DNA from: a virus
Lineage: Duplodnaviria > Caudoviricetes
Reading direction: 5' to 3' (one strand)
Virus record (IMG/VR): IMGVR_UViG_3300036861_000361
Location: 1 to 63,549 of that record
Length of the DNA stretch: 63,549 nucleotides
Shown: piece after piece, positions 50,866 to 61,149 of the stretch
Position numbering within the stretch: position 1 is the stretch's first letter
Layout: every line of letters starts with the position of its first letter
Position numbers and translations under genes: made by a program
The notes under the pieces: generated by a model
Told to the model about the DNA's origin: nothing
What the model saw: the letters and a program-made list of their open reading frames with translations, nothing else
The model's database searches: none

Positions 50866-53265
50866 ATGTCAATCGAAATACAGGAACTGCTCCGGAGTGG
50901 AAAATTCGACGGTTGGGAGAAGTGGGCACCCGAGGCTCAGTTGCTGCTGCGTGATGAACTCAAGCGGGCAGTCGAGACACTGAATCTCAAGGTGCCGCAG
51001 ACCGATGACGAATTGAAACTGCTGGTGCGCGATACCTGCGGCGTGATACTGCCCGATACCCAAGTCTGCACCAACCACACCACACCCTTCCGCGCTTTCA
51101 GTGATGCATTCTTTGCCCGCAGCCCGGTAACAGTGTGGAAAGCTAGTCGCGGATTTGGCGGCAAGTCATTTCTACTCGCACTCCTGGGCCACGTCGAAGC
51201 CTTTACGCTGGGAGCAGAGGTAGCCATACTCGGTGGCAGTGGTGAGCAGTCGCTCGGTGTCATGCGCTACCTGCAGAAGTTCACTGGCGGCGAGCAGACC
51301 ATGACCCAGCGCCAATCACTGTACGGAAGCGGTGGCAAGATACGAGCGCAGATGGCCTCATCCACCTCAGTGCGTGGCCCACACCCACAGCGACTGCGCC
51401 TTGACGAAGTTGATGAGATGGAATTGGAGATACTCGACGCCGCGATGGGCCAACCAATCAGCACCGCGAAGATTGCCAAGCAGACTGTGATGAGTTCAAC
51501 CCACCACTACCCGGACGCCACCTTCAGCGAGATACTCAAGCGTGCCGATGATAACCAGTGGCCGGTGATGGAGTGGTGTGTGGACGGAGACTCTGATATA
51601 CTGACTCCTAATGGACAAGTAAAAATGAAAGACCTGTCCATAGGAGACTCAATTTATGCGTTCAGAGACGGACAGCTTATCAGAACTCAAATCATCAACG
51701 CTTGGCAGTCAGGACTCAGACCCACACTCAGAATTGAAACTGATGCGGGCGTCCTTAGATGCACCGCCGAACATCGCGTTCTTACGGTCACGGGCTGGAA
51801 AGAAGCAGGCTCACTCACAGAAGGTGAAATTGTGCGTGCTGTGTGGCAAACGAAAAGCCCGTCGCTACAAAGACAAAACTTGCAGGAAGTGTCACTGCGC
51901 CAACAAGTGTTTGGATTGCGGAACCGTCATTACGGAAGAAGCGAAGCGGTGCTGTGCTTGTCAAGGCAAGATTCACGCGGAGCTGGTGAGGGCGCGGGCC
52001 GTGAAGTCAATATGTCCGTCCTGCAAAGGCCGGAAGCGAACCGCATCGCGGGTTTGTCTCATTTGCTTTCGCAAAGAACTTACCAAGCGGAACATTCGAG
52101 AAGCGGGAACAATGGTACTAGCACGGCAGCGGATTTCACACTCAGGAACAAGCCGCAAGCGCCGCAGTTCAGGCGAGATGGCAGTAAAGGAATTGTTCTC
52201 GCGTTTATCCGTTCGCTATTTGGAGGAACAGCTTTTCGACCGTTACGTGGTAGATTTTGTTTTCCCCGAATTCAATTTGGCCGTGGAGGTCAGTGGCAGA
52301 TATTGGCACACGAAGCCAGAACAGGTGAAGCGAGACCGCTTGAAGAAGAAAGCGGTGGAAGCGATGGGTTTAACACTTCTAGTGCTGTGGACAGATCAAC
52401 CCCATCTGTGGACTTTGCAGTTGTTCGACGCATTGAGCGTAACGCTACCATCCCTGTCTATGACATAACAGTTGCAGAAGGCTCATCCTTCATTGCCAAC
52501 GGTATAGTCGTTCACAACTGCTATCAGGAATCCTCGGCCCATCCCGACGGCTGGCTGGACGTGAACGAAATTCTCTCGAAGCAGAAGGAAGTTACCGCTG
52601 CCATGTGGGCCGCTGAGTACGACCTGCAGGAACCATCGCCCGAAGACCGCGCCATACTCACTGAGAAAGTAGATGCCTGCTTCCGCAAGAACTTAATCGA
52701 ATGGGGTCGGGATGAAGAACACGAGTGGAAGGGCCAACTCGGTGAGCGCATCGAAATAGAACCTCCCACACCTGAAGCCAAGTATGCCACCGGCTGCGAC
52801 TGGGCCAAGAAGAAAGACTTCACCATCATCGACACATTGCGCATCGACTGCCAGCCATTTCGTCGCGTTGCCTGGCAGCGCACCGGGCGACTGCCGTGGC
52901 CCATGATGATTGCACGGTTCGAGCAGCAGGTGAAACGCTATCCCGGTCGCTCCTGCCATGATGCTACTGGTCTTGGCGACGTAGTTGAAGATTACCAGGG
53001 AGCCAACGCCGAACCCGTGGTGCTGGTAGGGCAAACTCGCAGCGACGTTTTCACTAAATATATTGCGGCCATCGAAAACGGTGCTATCATCAGCCCGAAG
53101 ATTCGTCACTGCGAGAACGAACACCGCTACTGCACCAATGACGACCTTCGCGGCACCGGCCACCCGCCGGATTCGTTCATCGCTGGCGCAATGGCTTACC
53201 GCGCCGCCATGAAACGAGAGCCAGTCGAAGACGAGACCTACAGCTTCGGTTTTGTAGACTACTGA
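50866..53265 (+). CDS. Terminase large subunit containing an intein
   Basis: SRGFGGKS Walker A, LDEVDE Walker B, GCDWA/DATGLG/D nuclease motifs. Confidence 0.9.
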   Translation: MSIEIQELLRSGKFDGWEKWAPEAQLLLRDELKRAVETLNLKVPQTDDELKLLVRDTCGVILPDTQVCTNHTTPFRAFSDAFFARSPVTVWKASRGFGGKSFLLALLGHVEAFTLGAEVAILGGSGEQSLGVMRYLQKFTGGEQTMTQRQSLYGSGGKIRAQMASSTSVRGPHPQRLRLDEVDEMELEILDAAMGQPISTAKIAKQTVMSSTHHYPDATFSEILKRADDNQWPVMEWCVDGDSDILTPNGQVKMKDLSIGDSIYAFRDGQLIRTQIINAWQSGLRPTLRIETDAGVLRCTAEHRVLTVTGWKEAGSLTEGEIVRAVWQTKSPSLQRQNLQEVSLRQQVFGLRNRHYGRSEAVLCLSRQDSRGAGEGAGREVNMSVLQRPEANRIAGLSHLLSQRTYQAEHSRSGNNGTSTAADFTLRNKPQAPQFRRDGSKGIVLAFIRSLFGGTAFRPLRGRFCFPRIQFGRGGQWQILAHEARTGEARPLEEESGGSDGFNTSSAVDRSTPSVDFAVVRRIERNATIPVYDITVAEGSSFIANGIVVHNCYQESSAHPDGWLDVNEILSKQKEVTAAMWAAEYDLQEPSPEDRAILTEKVDACFRKNLIEWGRDEEHEWKGQLGERIEIEPPTPEAKYATGCDWAKKKDFTIIDTLRIDCQPFRRVAWQRTGRLPWPMMIARFEQQVKRYPGRSCHDATGLGDVVEDYQGANAEPVVLVGQTRSDVFTKYIAAIENGAIISPKIRHCENEHRYCTNDDLRGTGHPPDSFIAGAMAYRAAMKREPVEDETYSFGFVDY
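51577..52518 (+). mobile_element. Intein (314 aa, residues 238-551 of TerL)
   Basis: CVDGD block A, CTAEHRVL block B, VYDITV block F, VVHN|C block G. Confidence 0.92.
51824..52468 (+). CDS. Zn-finger plus DUF559/Vsr-like endonuclease nested out-of-frame in the intein
   Basis: Repeated CxxC pairs, then YVVDF..LAVEVSGRYWH..DRLK....G..LLVLW; start uncertain. Confidence 0.8.
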   Translation: MKLCVLCGKRKARRYKDKTCRKCHCANKCLDCGTVITEEAKRCCACQGKIHAELVRARAVKSICPSCKGRKRTASRVCLICFRKELTKRNIREAGTMVLARQRISHSGTSRKRRSSGEMAVKELFSRLSVRYLEEQLFDRYVVDFVFPEFNLAVEVSGRYWHTKPEQVKRDRLKKKAVEAMGLTLLVLWTDQPHLWTLQLFDALSVTLPSLSMT

Positions 53266-53275
53266 GGAGTGAGCC

Positions 53276-53638
53276 ATGAGTGATTACGATGTCACGACGG
53301 CGGATGGTACACGCATCAACGCGAAGGTGACGATTCCCAGTGGCCCCGGTGCAAGCTACTTGGTCTATACTGCATTGCTTACTCAAATAGGAACAGGCGC
53401 ACCAGTAGCTACGGTCATTGAGAACACAATAGGTGTGATAACGTTTTCTTACGATGACGTAGGTCAATACCACGCGCTTTCAGCGGGATTGTTCACAGAA
53501 GGAAAGACCGTTGTATTTTTAACTGACGTGCAAAGTTACGGAGCAAGACCTGTGAGCGCGAGTAGTATTTTACTTTTGGCAGGAACGGGTGATGATCAGT
53601 TTCTTAATGCATCCATTGAAATCCGCGTCTATCCATAG
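53276..53638 (+). CDS. Hypothetical (probable virion) protein, paralog A
   Basis: VYTALLTQ..AP..ENT.G..IEIRVYP. Confidence 0.7.
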   Translation: MSDYDVTTADGTRINAKVTIPSGPGASYLVYTALLTQIGTGAPVATVIENTIGVITFSYDDVGQYHALSAGLFTEGKTVVFLTDVQSYGARPVSASSILLLAGTGDDQFLNASIEIRVYP

Positions 53639-53648
53639 TGAGGCATAA

Positions 53649-54080
53649 ATGAATATAATCAACGGGCGCTTCTTGTCCATCGCGTTTTTGCTAGCTATCA
53701 GCTTTAATGCTATCGCGTTTACCAGATTTACACCACCTGCTAGACCATACAAAGTCTACACCGCAACCCTCACCCAGCAAGGAGAGGACGCTCCAACAGT
53801 CGTAGTGATGGAGAACACGCTGGGAGTTGAAATCACATGGTCACGGATGACTCAGGGCATGTATGCTGGCAGGACATCCATTCCAGTCTTCCCTTCAGAC
53901 AAAACCTTCATCCCGCCGATGCGCAGCGTGCAGGAACTTGAACCAACGCTCAACTTCAAGACATTCGCCTTCTACGGCAACACCAACACGGTCAACGTCC
54001 AAACCCTCATAAACAATTTGCAGTATGAGGACGGATTGTTGCGAGAGAACCCAATCGAGATTCGTGTCTACCCCGAATAG
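53649..54080 (+). CDS. Hypothetical protein, paralog B with signal-peptide-like N-terminus
   Basis: VYTATLTQ..AP..ENT.G..IEIRVYP. Confidence 0.7.
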   Translation: MNIINGRFLSIAFLLAISFNAIAFTRFTPPARPYKVYTATLTQQGEDAPTVVVMENTLGVEITWSRMTQGMYAGRTSIPVFPSDKTFIPPMRSVQELEPTLNFKTFAFYGNTNTVNVQTLINNLQYEDGLLRENPIEIRVYPE

Positions 54081-54083
54081 TCA

Positions 54084-56333
54084 ATGGCAACAGTAGTCAC
54101 ACTCCTTGCGTCCGTTGCCAACAAGACTGCCGAGGCGGCAACGACAAAGGTCATCAACCTGGCAGGGGCCGCTATTGGCGACTTGGTGCTGGTTGAGATT
54201 GCTGCCGACAACGCTGGCGCTAGCGGCGTGAGTTCCATCTCCAGTGTCACCGACTCCAAAGGTAATAGCTACTCTCAGGTTTTCCTCAAAAACCAGACAC
54301 CAGGAAGTGCTGCCGTTGACGGTTGCACGGTCGCGTTGTATCAGTCAGTACTTACCGCTGCGTTGGTCCAGAACGTAGATTCCATTACCGTCAACTTTTC
54401 GCCTAACACGACCGCAAAATGTCTTGGATTCCTTAAGGTAACCGGGGCAAACCCCACAAATTTCGGCACTGGCACCAATAGCGGTTCAGGCTCAGCCTAC
54501 TCAGTTGCCGCATCGTCGTCACTGGCAACTGGCGAACTGATCGTGGCCGTGGTTGCTAACGAGTCGGGCAGTTTTCCTGCCGCTGACACCGACACTTCCA
54601 ACGGATCGTGGACTGCTCATCTGCTCTCAGGTTCCGGTGGTTCTGGTGGCGACGCTACGAAAATGGGTATGTTGGTAATGTCCAAGATTGTCACTGGGGC
54701 AGGCACTCAAACAGTTGATGGCAGCAATGGTGCCAATACCGACTGGGCAGCAGGTTACGTGCTCTACCATGTCGCTACCGTGGGGTCGTCCTCGGTCTCG
54801 CCGTCACTCTCGCAATCACCGTCCTCGTCTCAGTCACCTTCAGTCTCACCTTCCGCATCCGTCAGTCCCAGTGCGAGTGTATCACCCAGTAGTTCAGCAT
54901 CACCTTCAGTCTCTCCGTCTGCAAGCCAATCACCCAGCATGAGTGTATCGCCCTCAGTCTCACCATCAGCAAGCACGTCGCCATCATCAAGTCAGTCTCC
55001 AAGTGTGAGCCCGAGTGAGTCGGTAAGCCCCTCGGCCAGCGTGAGCCCCAGTAGCAGTGAAAGTCCGTCAGTTTCACCAAGCGCAAGTGTCAGTCCGAGT
55101 GCAAGTGAAAGCCCCTCGATCTCCCCTTCGGCTTCAATATCTCCATCCAGTTCCGTGAGTCCGTCGTCCAGTGAGAGCCCGTCACTCAGTCCATCGGCAT
55201 CTGTGAGCCCTTCGTCCAGTGCATCACCAAGCGTCTCTCCAAGTACGTCTCAGTCACCAAGTTCGTCCGAGTCTCCATCCATGAGTCCATCAGCGAGTGT
55301 TTCACCGTCAGGCAGTGAGTCGCCCTCCGTGTCGCCGTCGTCCTCGGTGTCCCCCAGCGCAAGCGAATCACCTTCGGTTAGCCCATCCGAGTCCCCGTCA
55401 GTCTCACCTTCAAGTAGCGCGTCTCCCAGCCCCAGTGGCGGCTCCGAGAGTGTAAGTCCCAGTGGCAGCGAGTCCCCCAGCCTGAGTCCAAGCGCGTCAC
55501 AGTCTCCATCCGCATCAGCTTCACCAAGCCTGAGCCCGTCTGCGTCCCTGAGCCCAAGCACTAGCGCATCCCCATCAGTGTCACCGAGTGGTAGTGTTTC
55601 CCCGTCTGCCTCAGCTTCACCAAGCACCAGTCCCAGCGGCAGCCAGTCACCCTCTGCCTCAGTGTCACCATCTGTCTCCCCATCCAGCTCACGCTCACCA
55701 TCAGCGTCCGCAAGCCCGAGCGTCAGCCCCAGCCACTCCCTATCACCGAGCGCGTCTGCTAGCGCTTCAGTGAGCCCCAGTCACTCAGTGTCGCCATCGA
55801 TTTCAACGTCTCCAAGTGTTAGTCCATCAGCTAGTCGCAGCCCATCGGCATCCGTCTCCCCGAGCATCTCCCCATCAGGCAGCGTGAGTCCATCAGCATC
55901 GGAGTCTCCCAGCGCGTCCCCGAGTGCGAGCCTGTCGCCATCTGCCAGTGAGTCGCCGTCGCTTTCCCCCAGTGCATCTGCAAGTCCGAGTGTCAGCCCA
56001 TCTGGCTCAGAGTCCCCTTCGGTCTCCCCCAGCGCCAGCATCTCACCGTCCGCGAGCGTGTCTCCCTCCGTCAGCCCAAGCGCAAGTGAGTCCCCAAGCA
56101 TTTCCCCGAGCGCATCCATCTCCCCCTCATCATCGGCCTCCCCATCCCCGACCCCCTTCAACCACATGCAGGCACTGTTCACTGCCCGCCAACCAACTGC
56201 CACCTTCGACTCCACTCAGCCCACCATAACTTTCTCTGTCACTAGGCCGTCTGTGACCTTCACAGTGCGTGCCCCATCAGTCACTTTCGACGCCCGCCAG
56301 CCATCAGCGACGATTATTGAAACTTATCCTTGA
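54084..56333 (+). CDS. Mucin-like protein: beta domain, ~455-aa Ser/Pro stalk, short C-terminal repeat anchor
   Basis: SPSxSx repeats 54786-56150; C-terminal FTARQPTAT-type 9-mers. Confidence 0.85.
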   Translation: MATVVTLLASVANKTAEAATTKVINLAGAAIGDLVLVEIAADNAGASGVSSISSVTDSKGNSYSQVFLKNQTPGSAAVDGCTVALYQSVLTAALVQNVDSITVNFSPNTTAKCLGFLKVTGANPTNFGTGTNSGSGSAYSVAASSSLATGELIVAVVANESGSFPAADTDTSNGSWTAHLLSGSGGSGGDATKMGMLVMSKIVTGAGTQTVDGSNGANTDWAAGYVLYHVATVGSSSVSPSLSQSPSSSQSPSVSPSASVSPSASVSPSSSASPSVSPSASQSPSMSVSPSVSPSASTSPSSSQSPSVSPSESVSPSASVSPSSSESPSVSPSASVSPSASESPSISPSASISPSSSVSPSSSESPSLSPSASVSPSSSASPSVSPSTSQSPSSSESPSMSPSASVSPSGSESPSVSPSSSVSPSASESPSVSPSESPSVSPSSSASPSPSGGSESVSPSGSESPSLSPSASQSPSASASPSLSPSASLSPSTSASPSVSPSGSVSPSASASPSTSPSGSQSPSASVSPSVSPSSSRSPSASASPSVSPSHSLSPSASASASVSPSHSVSPSISTSPSVSPSASRSPSASVSPSISPSGSVSPSASESPSASPSASLSPSASESPSLSPSASASPSVSPSGSESPSVSPSASISPSASVSPSVSPSASESPSISPSASISPSSSASPSPTPFNHMQALFTARQPTATFDSTQPTITFSVTRPSVTFTVRAPSVTFDARQPSATIIETYP

Positions 56334-56358
56334 CACACCTCCTACAGTAGGATATTCT
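56330..56358 (+). promoter_or_regulatory. Sigma70-type promoter
   Basis: TTGACA-17 nt-TATTCT, 7 nt before GTG 56366. Confidence 0.7.
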
Positions 56359-56365
56359 GCTCCCC

Positions 56366-56512
56366 GTGAAGGTAGTTGATACTCATATTTACTTCCCTGC
56401 CAAGGTTTGGGCAGCATTAAAGCGGCTGGCTAAGCGCAATAGGCGGTCATTGTCAGCACAGATTGTTATTGCCGTTGAACAGATGCTGGAGCGGGAGAAT
56501 TCAAAGCAATGA
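56366..56512 (+). CDS. Arc-like ribbon-helix-helix regulator (not in ORF track)
   Basis: MKVVDTHIYFPAKVWAALKRLAKRNRRSLSAQIVIAVEQML. Confidence 0.75.
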   Translation: MKVVDTHIYFPAKVWAALKRLAKRNRRSLSAQIVIAVEQMLERENSKQ

Positions 56513-56732
56513 TCAGACGACAGATTGACTATGGCTATAACGAGAAGGGTGAGTTTGTCATAGAACTCACTGAAGCAGCCTTGGAAGATGATGGCGAGAC
56601 TATAGATGAGGGGCCATTTGAGTCTTCCATTACTCTGACCCGCAAAGAGTGCCAACGGATTTCAAAGCACATGGAATTTGGTAAGAAGGGGGATATTCGC
56701 TCCCTTGAAACCTTGAACGGGGAACTAACTAA

Positions 56733-57020
56733 GTGAAGTTATACATTGCGGGCCGCATCGCCAACGAAAAGGGCTACCACGCCAAGTTTGCCCGAGCTTG
56801 CACTGAGGTTTTGCTGCTTGACCACGTTCCCGTGAGCCCGTGTGATATTCACGGTGGCTGCGATCATCGAGAGTGGGAACAGTGGATGGTCTGTGACCTG
56901 CACGCGATGCTCGACTGTGATGGTGTCTATGCGCTCAGAGATTGGCAGTCCTCCAAAGGCGCGACTATCGAAGTGCAGTTGGCAATGCGACTGGGGAAAG
57001 AGATTATTTACCAACAATGA
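56733..57020 (+). CDS. DUF4406 / nucleoside 2-deoxyribosyltransferase-like protein
   Basis: KLYIAG..F..P..LDCDGVY.L..WQSSKGA..E. Confidence 0.8.
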   Translation: MKLYIAGRIANEKGYHAKFARACTEVLLLDHVPVSPCDIHGGCDHREWEQWMVCDLHAMLDCDGVYALRDWQSSKGATIEVQLAMRLGKEIIYQQ

Positions 57021-57400
57021 CCACCGCCGAAGCACTCGAACTCAGCGTCATCTACACCCGACTCCTGCGCGACCTGGAGGAACTGGGCAAGTTCGAGTTC
57101 ACTCCTGATGAGCTACACCGGGCGGTGCAGTTGCTGGATGACATGGCTGAGCAGGCGTATCAGGTGAAGCTAAAGGAGCGGCGATGAGCGTAATAAAAGA
57201 GAAGTGTTTCGTTTGCGATACTGAAATTATCATCAGCGTGGACGTTTTAATGAATGGCCCAATAATGGGTGGGCCAGAACACGAAGCCTTGGTAGCTAGA
57301 TACCTGAGACGCTACAAGACTGCCTCCGCTGATGAGGTACGACGTGTGTTGGAACAGATTCTTTATGATATTGGTACGGCTCAGCTAAGAGAGGTAGTGG

Positions 57401-59359
57401 ATGGCAAAAGTTAGTGTAATCATCCCCGCTCGCAACGAACGCTTCCTCGTCCCAACCATCGAGGACGTGTTCAAGAATGCCCGTGGCGAAGTGGAAGTCA
57501 TCGCCGTGCTCGAAGGCTACACTCCTGACAACTGGAAAGAAACCGTTGCTAAGTATCCTGCCCTGCACACCATTCAGCACCATGAAGCTAAGGGCATGAG
57601 GGCCGCGATCAATGCTGGTGCTGCCTCAGCCATCAGTCGTGGTGCCAAGTATCTTGCCAAATTCGATGCCCACTGCTGCTTTGGTGAAGGCTTTGATGAG
57701 ATTATTAAAGCTGACATGGACAAGGATTGGATTGTCGTCCCGCGCCGCAAGCGTCTTGACCCCGATACCTTTGCTCCCCGCAACGATGGCCGTCTTGACA
57801 TCGACTACCACTACCTGACCTTCCCTGACAACGTGAAAGATTTTGGTGGGCCAGGTCTCAATGGTCGGGTGTGGGATGAGCGGGCGCGGGAGCGGCTTGA
57901 TATTTTGCTGGATGAGGAGATGTCATCGCAGGGTAGCGGTTGGGCAATGCATGCTGCGTATTTCACTGAGTTGGAACTCATGGACGCTGCCAACTACGGC
58001 CAATTCTGGAATGAGTTTCAGGAGCTGGGATTGAAGTGTTGGCTCAGTGGCGGGCAGGTGATGGTCAACAAGAAAACTTTCTATGCACACTGGCATAAAG
58101 GCTCTGCTGGTCGCGGCTACCACCTCCCCAAAGAATGGCTGGCCCAAGGCGCAACCTTTACCAAACGCTGGCTGTTCAATGAAGCATGGGCCAAGCAGAC
58201 GCTGCCCTTCAAAACACTCATCGAACGCTTCTGGCCGGTGCCGACTTGGCCTGAGAATTGGGAGGAGTTGGTGTATGGGGGCAGGAAGTCTGTGGTTGCA
58301 ATGAGCAGTGAGAGTGGTGTCCGAACTCAGGTTGCGGAAGTTGTAACCCATGAAGCACAGCTTGTTATCCACTCCGCCCACTACGGCATTGATAGCCCTG
58401 ACCGTACTTCGGACGTCATTGATGTAACTAATGTGCTGCAACAGTCGGTGGTGGGTGGTTCACTGGACATAGTAGTCACGAACGACTCACTGAAGGTGGG
58501 CAACCCGTTCCGTGGGCAGAAGAAGCAACTGACAGTGGTCTATAGTTACGATGATGGTGAGCCTGTGACGATTACACGCGATGAACGCGACTGGCTCATC
58601 ATTGGGCAGAGTGCGAGGTATGTGAAGCAGGCGCAATCCACTTCCGAACCGAGTATTATTGGAATTCTGGACGCTGATGGTAAGAATGTTGGCAAAGTGG
58701 TACACGGAACATTGATAATCTCAGAACCGCCTCGTACCGCTGCCGCCCTCAACGATGCTCTCATCCGCCGCTTCCGCATCCATGACCGCCGCTTGCGTGG
58801 GCCAATGCCGATTGAAGTTCCTAGCTTTCACAGAGATGACCTTGCCAAGCTGTTTGCCGAGTTAGGCTTCCTGCACGGTGCGGAGATTGGTGTGGCTGAA
58901 GGCAACTACAGTGAGGTGCTGCTCAAGGCGAATCCAGACTGCCACTTGCTCCTCGTTGACCCGTGGCACGCCTACTCGAACAATCCACAGAACAAGTCCA
59001 AGGAGAAGAATGAGTACGCTTACAATGAGACGGTGAGGAAGACTAAGGACTATCCCAACGTTACATTAGACATGCGCTACTCAATGGATGCAGTGCGTGA
59101 CGTACCGGACAACTCCCTTGACTTCGTCTACATCGACGCTCACCACTCCTACCCATTTGTCATGGAAGACATCATCGCATGGAGCCGCAAGGTTCGCTCC
59201 GGTGGCATCGTCAGTGGCGATGACGTGTACCAACTTAATGAAAAGTGGGGTGCTGGGCCAATGGAAGCGGTGTATCACTACACGGAAGCGATGAAGATCA
59301 ATCCGTGGTTTCTAATTGATGCTCACAAATCAGTGGACTTCTTTTGGGTGAAGCCATGA
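57401..59359 (+). CDS. Fusion: ppGalNAc-T-like glycosyltransferase, SUEL/Gal-lectin-like domain, class I SAM methyltransferase (Methyltransf_24-like)
   Basis: VSVIIPARNE, KFDAH, ELGLKCWLSGG; AHYG..DVT..NPFRGQKKQLTVVY; AEIGV..FVYIDAHHSY..GGIVSGDD. Confidence 0.85.
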   Translation: MAKVSVIIPARNERFLVPTIEDVFKNARGEVEVIAVLEGYTPDNWKETVAKYPALHTIQHHEAKGMRAAINAGAASAISRGAKYLAKFDAHCCFGEGFDEIIKADMDKDWIVVPRRKRLDPDTFAPRNDGRLDIDYHYLTFPDNVKDFGGPGLNGRVWDERARERLDILLDEEMSSQGSGWAMHAAYFTELELMDAANYGQFWNEFQELGLKCWLSGGQVMVNKKTFYAHWHKGSAGRGYHLPKEWLAQGATFTKRWLFNEAWAKQTLPFKTLIERFWPVPTWPENWEELVYGGRKSVVAMSSESGVRTQVAEVVTHEAQLVIHSAHYGIDSPDRTSDVIDVTNVLQQSVVGGSLDIVVTNDSLKVGNPFRGQKKQLTVVYSYDDGEPVTITRDERDWLIIGQSARYVKQAQSTSEPSIIGILDADGKNVGKVVHGTLIISEPPRTAAALNDALIRRFRIHDRRLRGPMPIEVPSFHRDDLAKLFAELGFLHGAEIGVAEGNYSEVLLKANPDCHLLLVDPWHAYSNNPQNKSKEKNEYAYNETVRKTKDYPNVTLDMRYSMDAVRDVPDNSLDFVYIDAHHSYPFVMEDIIAWSRKVRSGGIVSGDDVYQLNEKWGAGPMEAVYHYTEAMKINPWFLIDAHKSVDFFWVKP

Positions 59360-59552
59360 CATTAAAAGAATTAGTAGAAGCCGCAGATGGGAACCTTGAC
59401 ACCGAAGTGCGGATGTACGTGGTTATTAACACTCTCGGAGTTCGCACGACGAGACCTATACTGCGAGCCGACATTGTTAGTGACCATCATGGGCCGATTC
59501 TATACTTGGACAACTGGATCGAGTATCGCCGAAGTGATTGGGAGAACTTGCC

Positions 59553-59771
59553 ATGACCTTTACCGAAGCCCTCGACGCCGTATTCAAGGACAACGACTGC
59601 ATCACCCGCGCCACCTGGGCCAACCGCAACATCTTCTGTGCCCTTGAGGAAGGTCGTCTCTGCATCAAGGGTTTTGCCAGCGAGGGTCAGGATGATGGTC
59701 TCTATCACCCGTGGGTAGTCACCGAACAGGACTTCTTTGCGTATGATTGGGAGGTGCTGAGTGATGCCTAA
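59553..59771 (+). CDS. DUF2829-family (Tad2-like) protein
   Basis: MTFTEAL..ITRATW..W....QDFFAYDWEV. Confidence 0.7.
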   Translation: MTFTEALDAVFKDNDCITRATWANRNIFCALEEGRLCIKGFASEGQDDGLYHPWVVTEQDFFAYDWEVLSDA

Positions 59772-60813
59772 GCGAGTTTGCATTACCGGAATTGCAGGCT
59801 TCATTGGCAGCCATCTTGCTGATGAATTGGTAGCTCACGATTATGATGTTTGTGGCATTGACAACCTTGATCCGCAGGTGCATGGGCCGGGTGGTCATCT
59901 TCCTACATACTTAAATCCAGCAATTCAGTTTCTAAAGGGAGACATCTGCGAATCAGTTGTGGAGCGTTTGTTTCCCGTTGACGCCGTGATTCATCTGGCT
60001 GCGAAAGTCGGTGTGGCCCAGTCCATGTACCAGATGTCAGATTACACTTGGCATAATACTTACGGCACGTCAATGCTGCTCCAGTCATTGCAGAAGTACC
60101 CGCCCAAGAAACTCATCGTCGCCTCCAGCATGAGCGTGTATGGGGAAGGGGCGGGAGTTTGTCCTGATGATGGCAGTCCCTGCGGAATGGATCACCGAAT
60201 CCCTGTGCCTACCCCTGAAACTAAGCAGCCCGACCTGCAATCTATCTACGCCCTCACCAAGTACGACCAAGAGCGCATGTGCCTGCTGTTTGGTCGTGCT
60301 TATCACGTCCCCACCATCGCGCTCAGGTTCTTCAACGTCTATGGCCTACGTCAGTCACTAAACAACCCTTATACTGGGGCAATGGCAATCTTTGCCTCCC
60401 GCCTGCTCAACGGCAAGCCTCCAATCATCTATGAGGATGGATTGCAAAGCCGTGACTTTGTGCATGTGAGTGATGTGGTGCGCGGGATACGGCTGGCACT
60501 GGAATCGGATGTGAGTGATGAAGTTATCAACATTGGCAGTGGCACGCGGGCTTTGATTCTTACTCTAGCTGAAGATTTGGCTAAGGAGTTGGGAGTAGAT
60601 GTTAGACCCCAGATTACCAGACAGCACAGAGTCGGGGACATTCGCCATTGTTGGGCTGATGTTTCCAAGGCTAGACGGCTGTTGGGCTATGAGCCGCAGG
60701 TATCTATTTTCCAAGGCATTCGTGATTATGTTCAATGGCTCAAAACTCAACCCGCCGAGGACAACTTAGAGCAGCATCGAGCAGAGTTACGGGAGAAAGG
60801 ATTGCTGGTATGA
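59761..60813 (+). CDS. NAD-dependent NDP-sugar epimerase/dehydratase
   Basis: GIAGFIG, HLAA, SS, YALTK, RFFNVYG, RDFVHV. Confidence 0.92.
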   Translation: MMPKRVCITGIAGFIGSHLADELVAHDYDVCGIDNLDPQVHGPGGHLPTYLNPAIQFLKGDICESVVERLFPVDAVIHLAAKVGVAQSMYQMSDYTWHNTYGTSMLLQSLQKYPPKKLIVASSMSVYGEGAGVCPDDGSPCGMDHRIPVPTPETKQPDLQSIYALTKYDQERMCLLFGRAYHVPTIALRFFNVYGLRQSLNNPYTGAMAIFASRLLNGKPPIIYEDGLQSRDFVHVSDVVRGIRLALESDVSDEVINIGSGTRALILTLAEDLAKELGVDVRPQITRQHRVGDIRHCWADVSKARRLLGYEPQVSIFQGIRDYVQWLKTQPAEDNLEQHRAELREKGLLV

Positions 60814-61149
60814 GTGTAATGAGTTCACTCCGGCGCAAACTTAGCTATGAATATCAAAGTGTTCCACCTGAACTGCTGGTCCGTTATGTTGAAGCTCGAC
60901 GTGTCCGGCAGAACACCAGACGGCGGAAGCGAATCGCTCGCATGGCTAGGCCCAAGGGTTCTCTGCCGAAATGAAAGGGGTTGTTGATATGAGAACTTGG
61001 ATTCTTTTCAGCGCCAGTATCTTAGCGATAGCTATTAGACCTGAAATTAACTCGGTAGAGATAATGGGTCGTAATGTTGCTGTGGTGTGGATTGCTTTGC
61101 TTATTGCAGGTTTCTTTTTTGACGCCAGAGAGCATATTAAGAGGACAGA

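Noticed and set aside
54786-56150. Repetitive tract as CRISPR array or DNA tandem repeat
   Set aside because: No identical repeat-spacer units; periodicity is at protein level with mixed Ser codons
55250-56215. Minus-strand Gly/Asp/Leu-rich ORFs (also 21442..21888)
   Set aside because: Antisense shadows of Ser/Pro tracts
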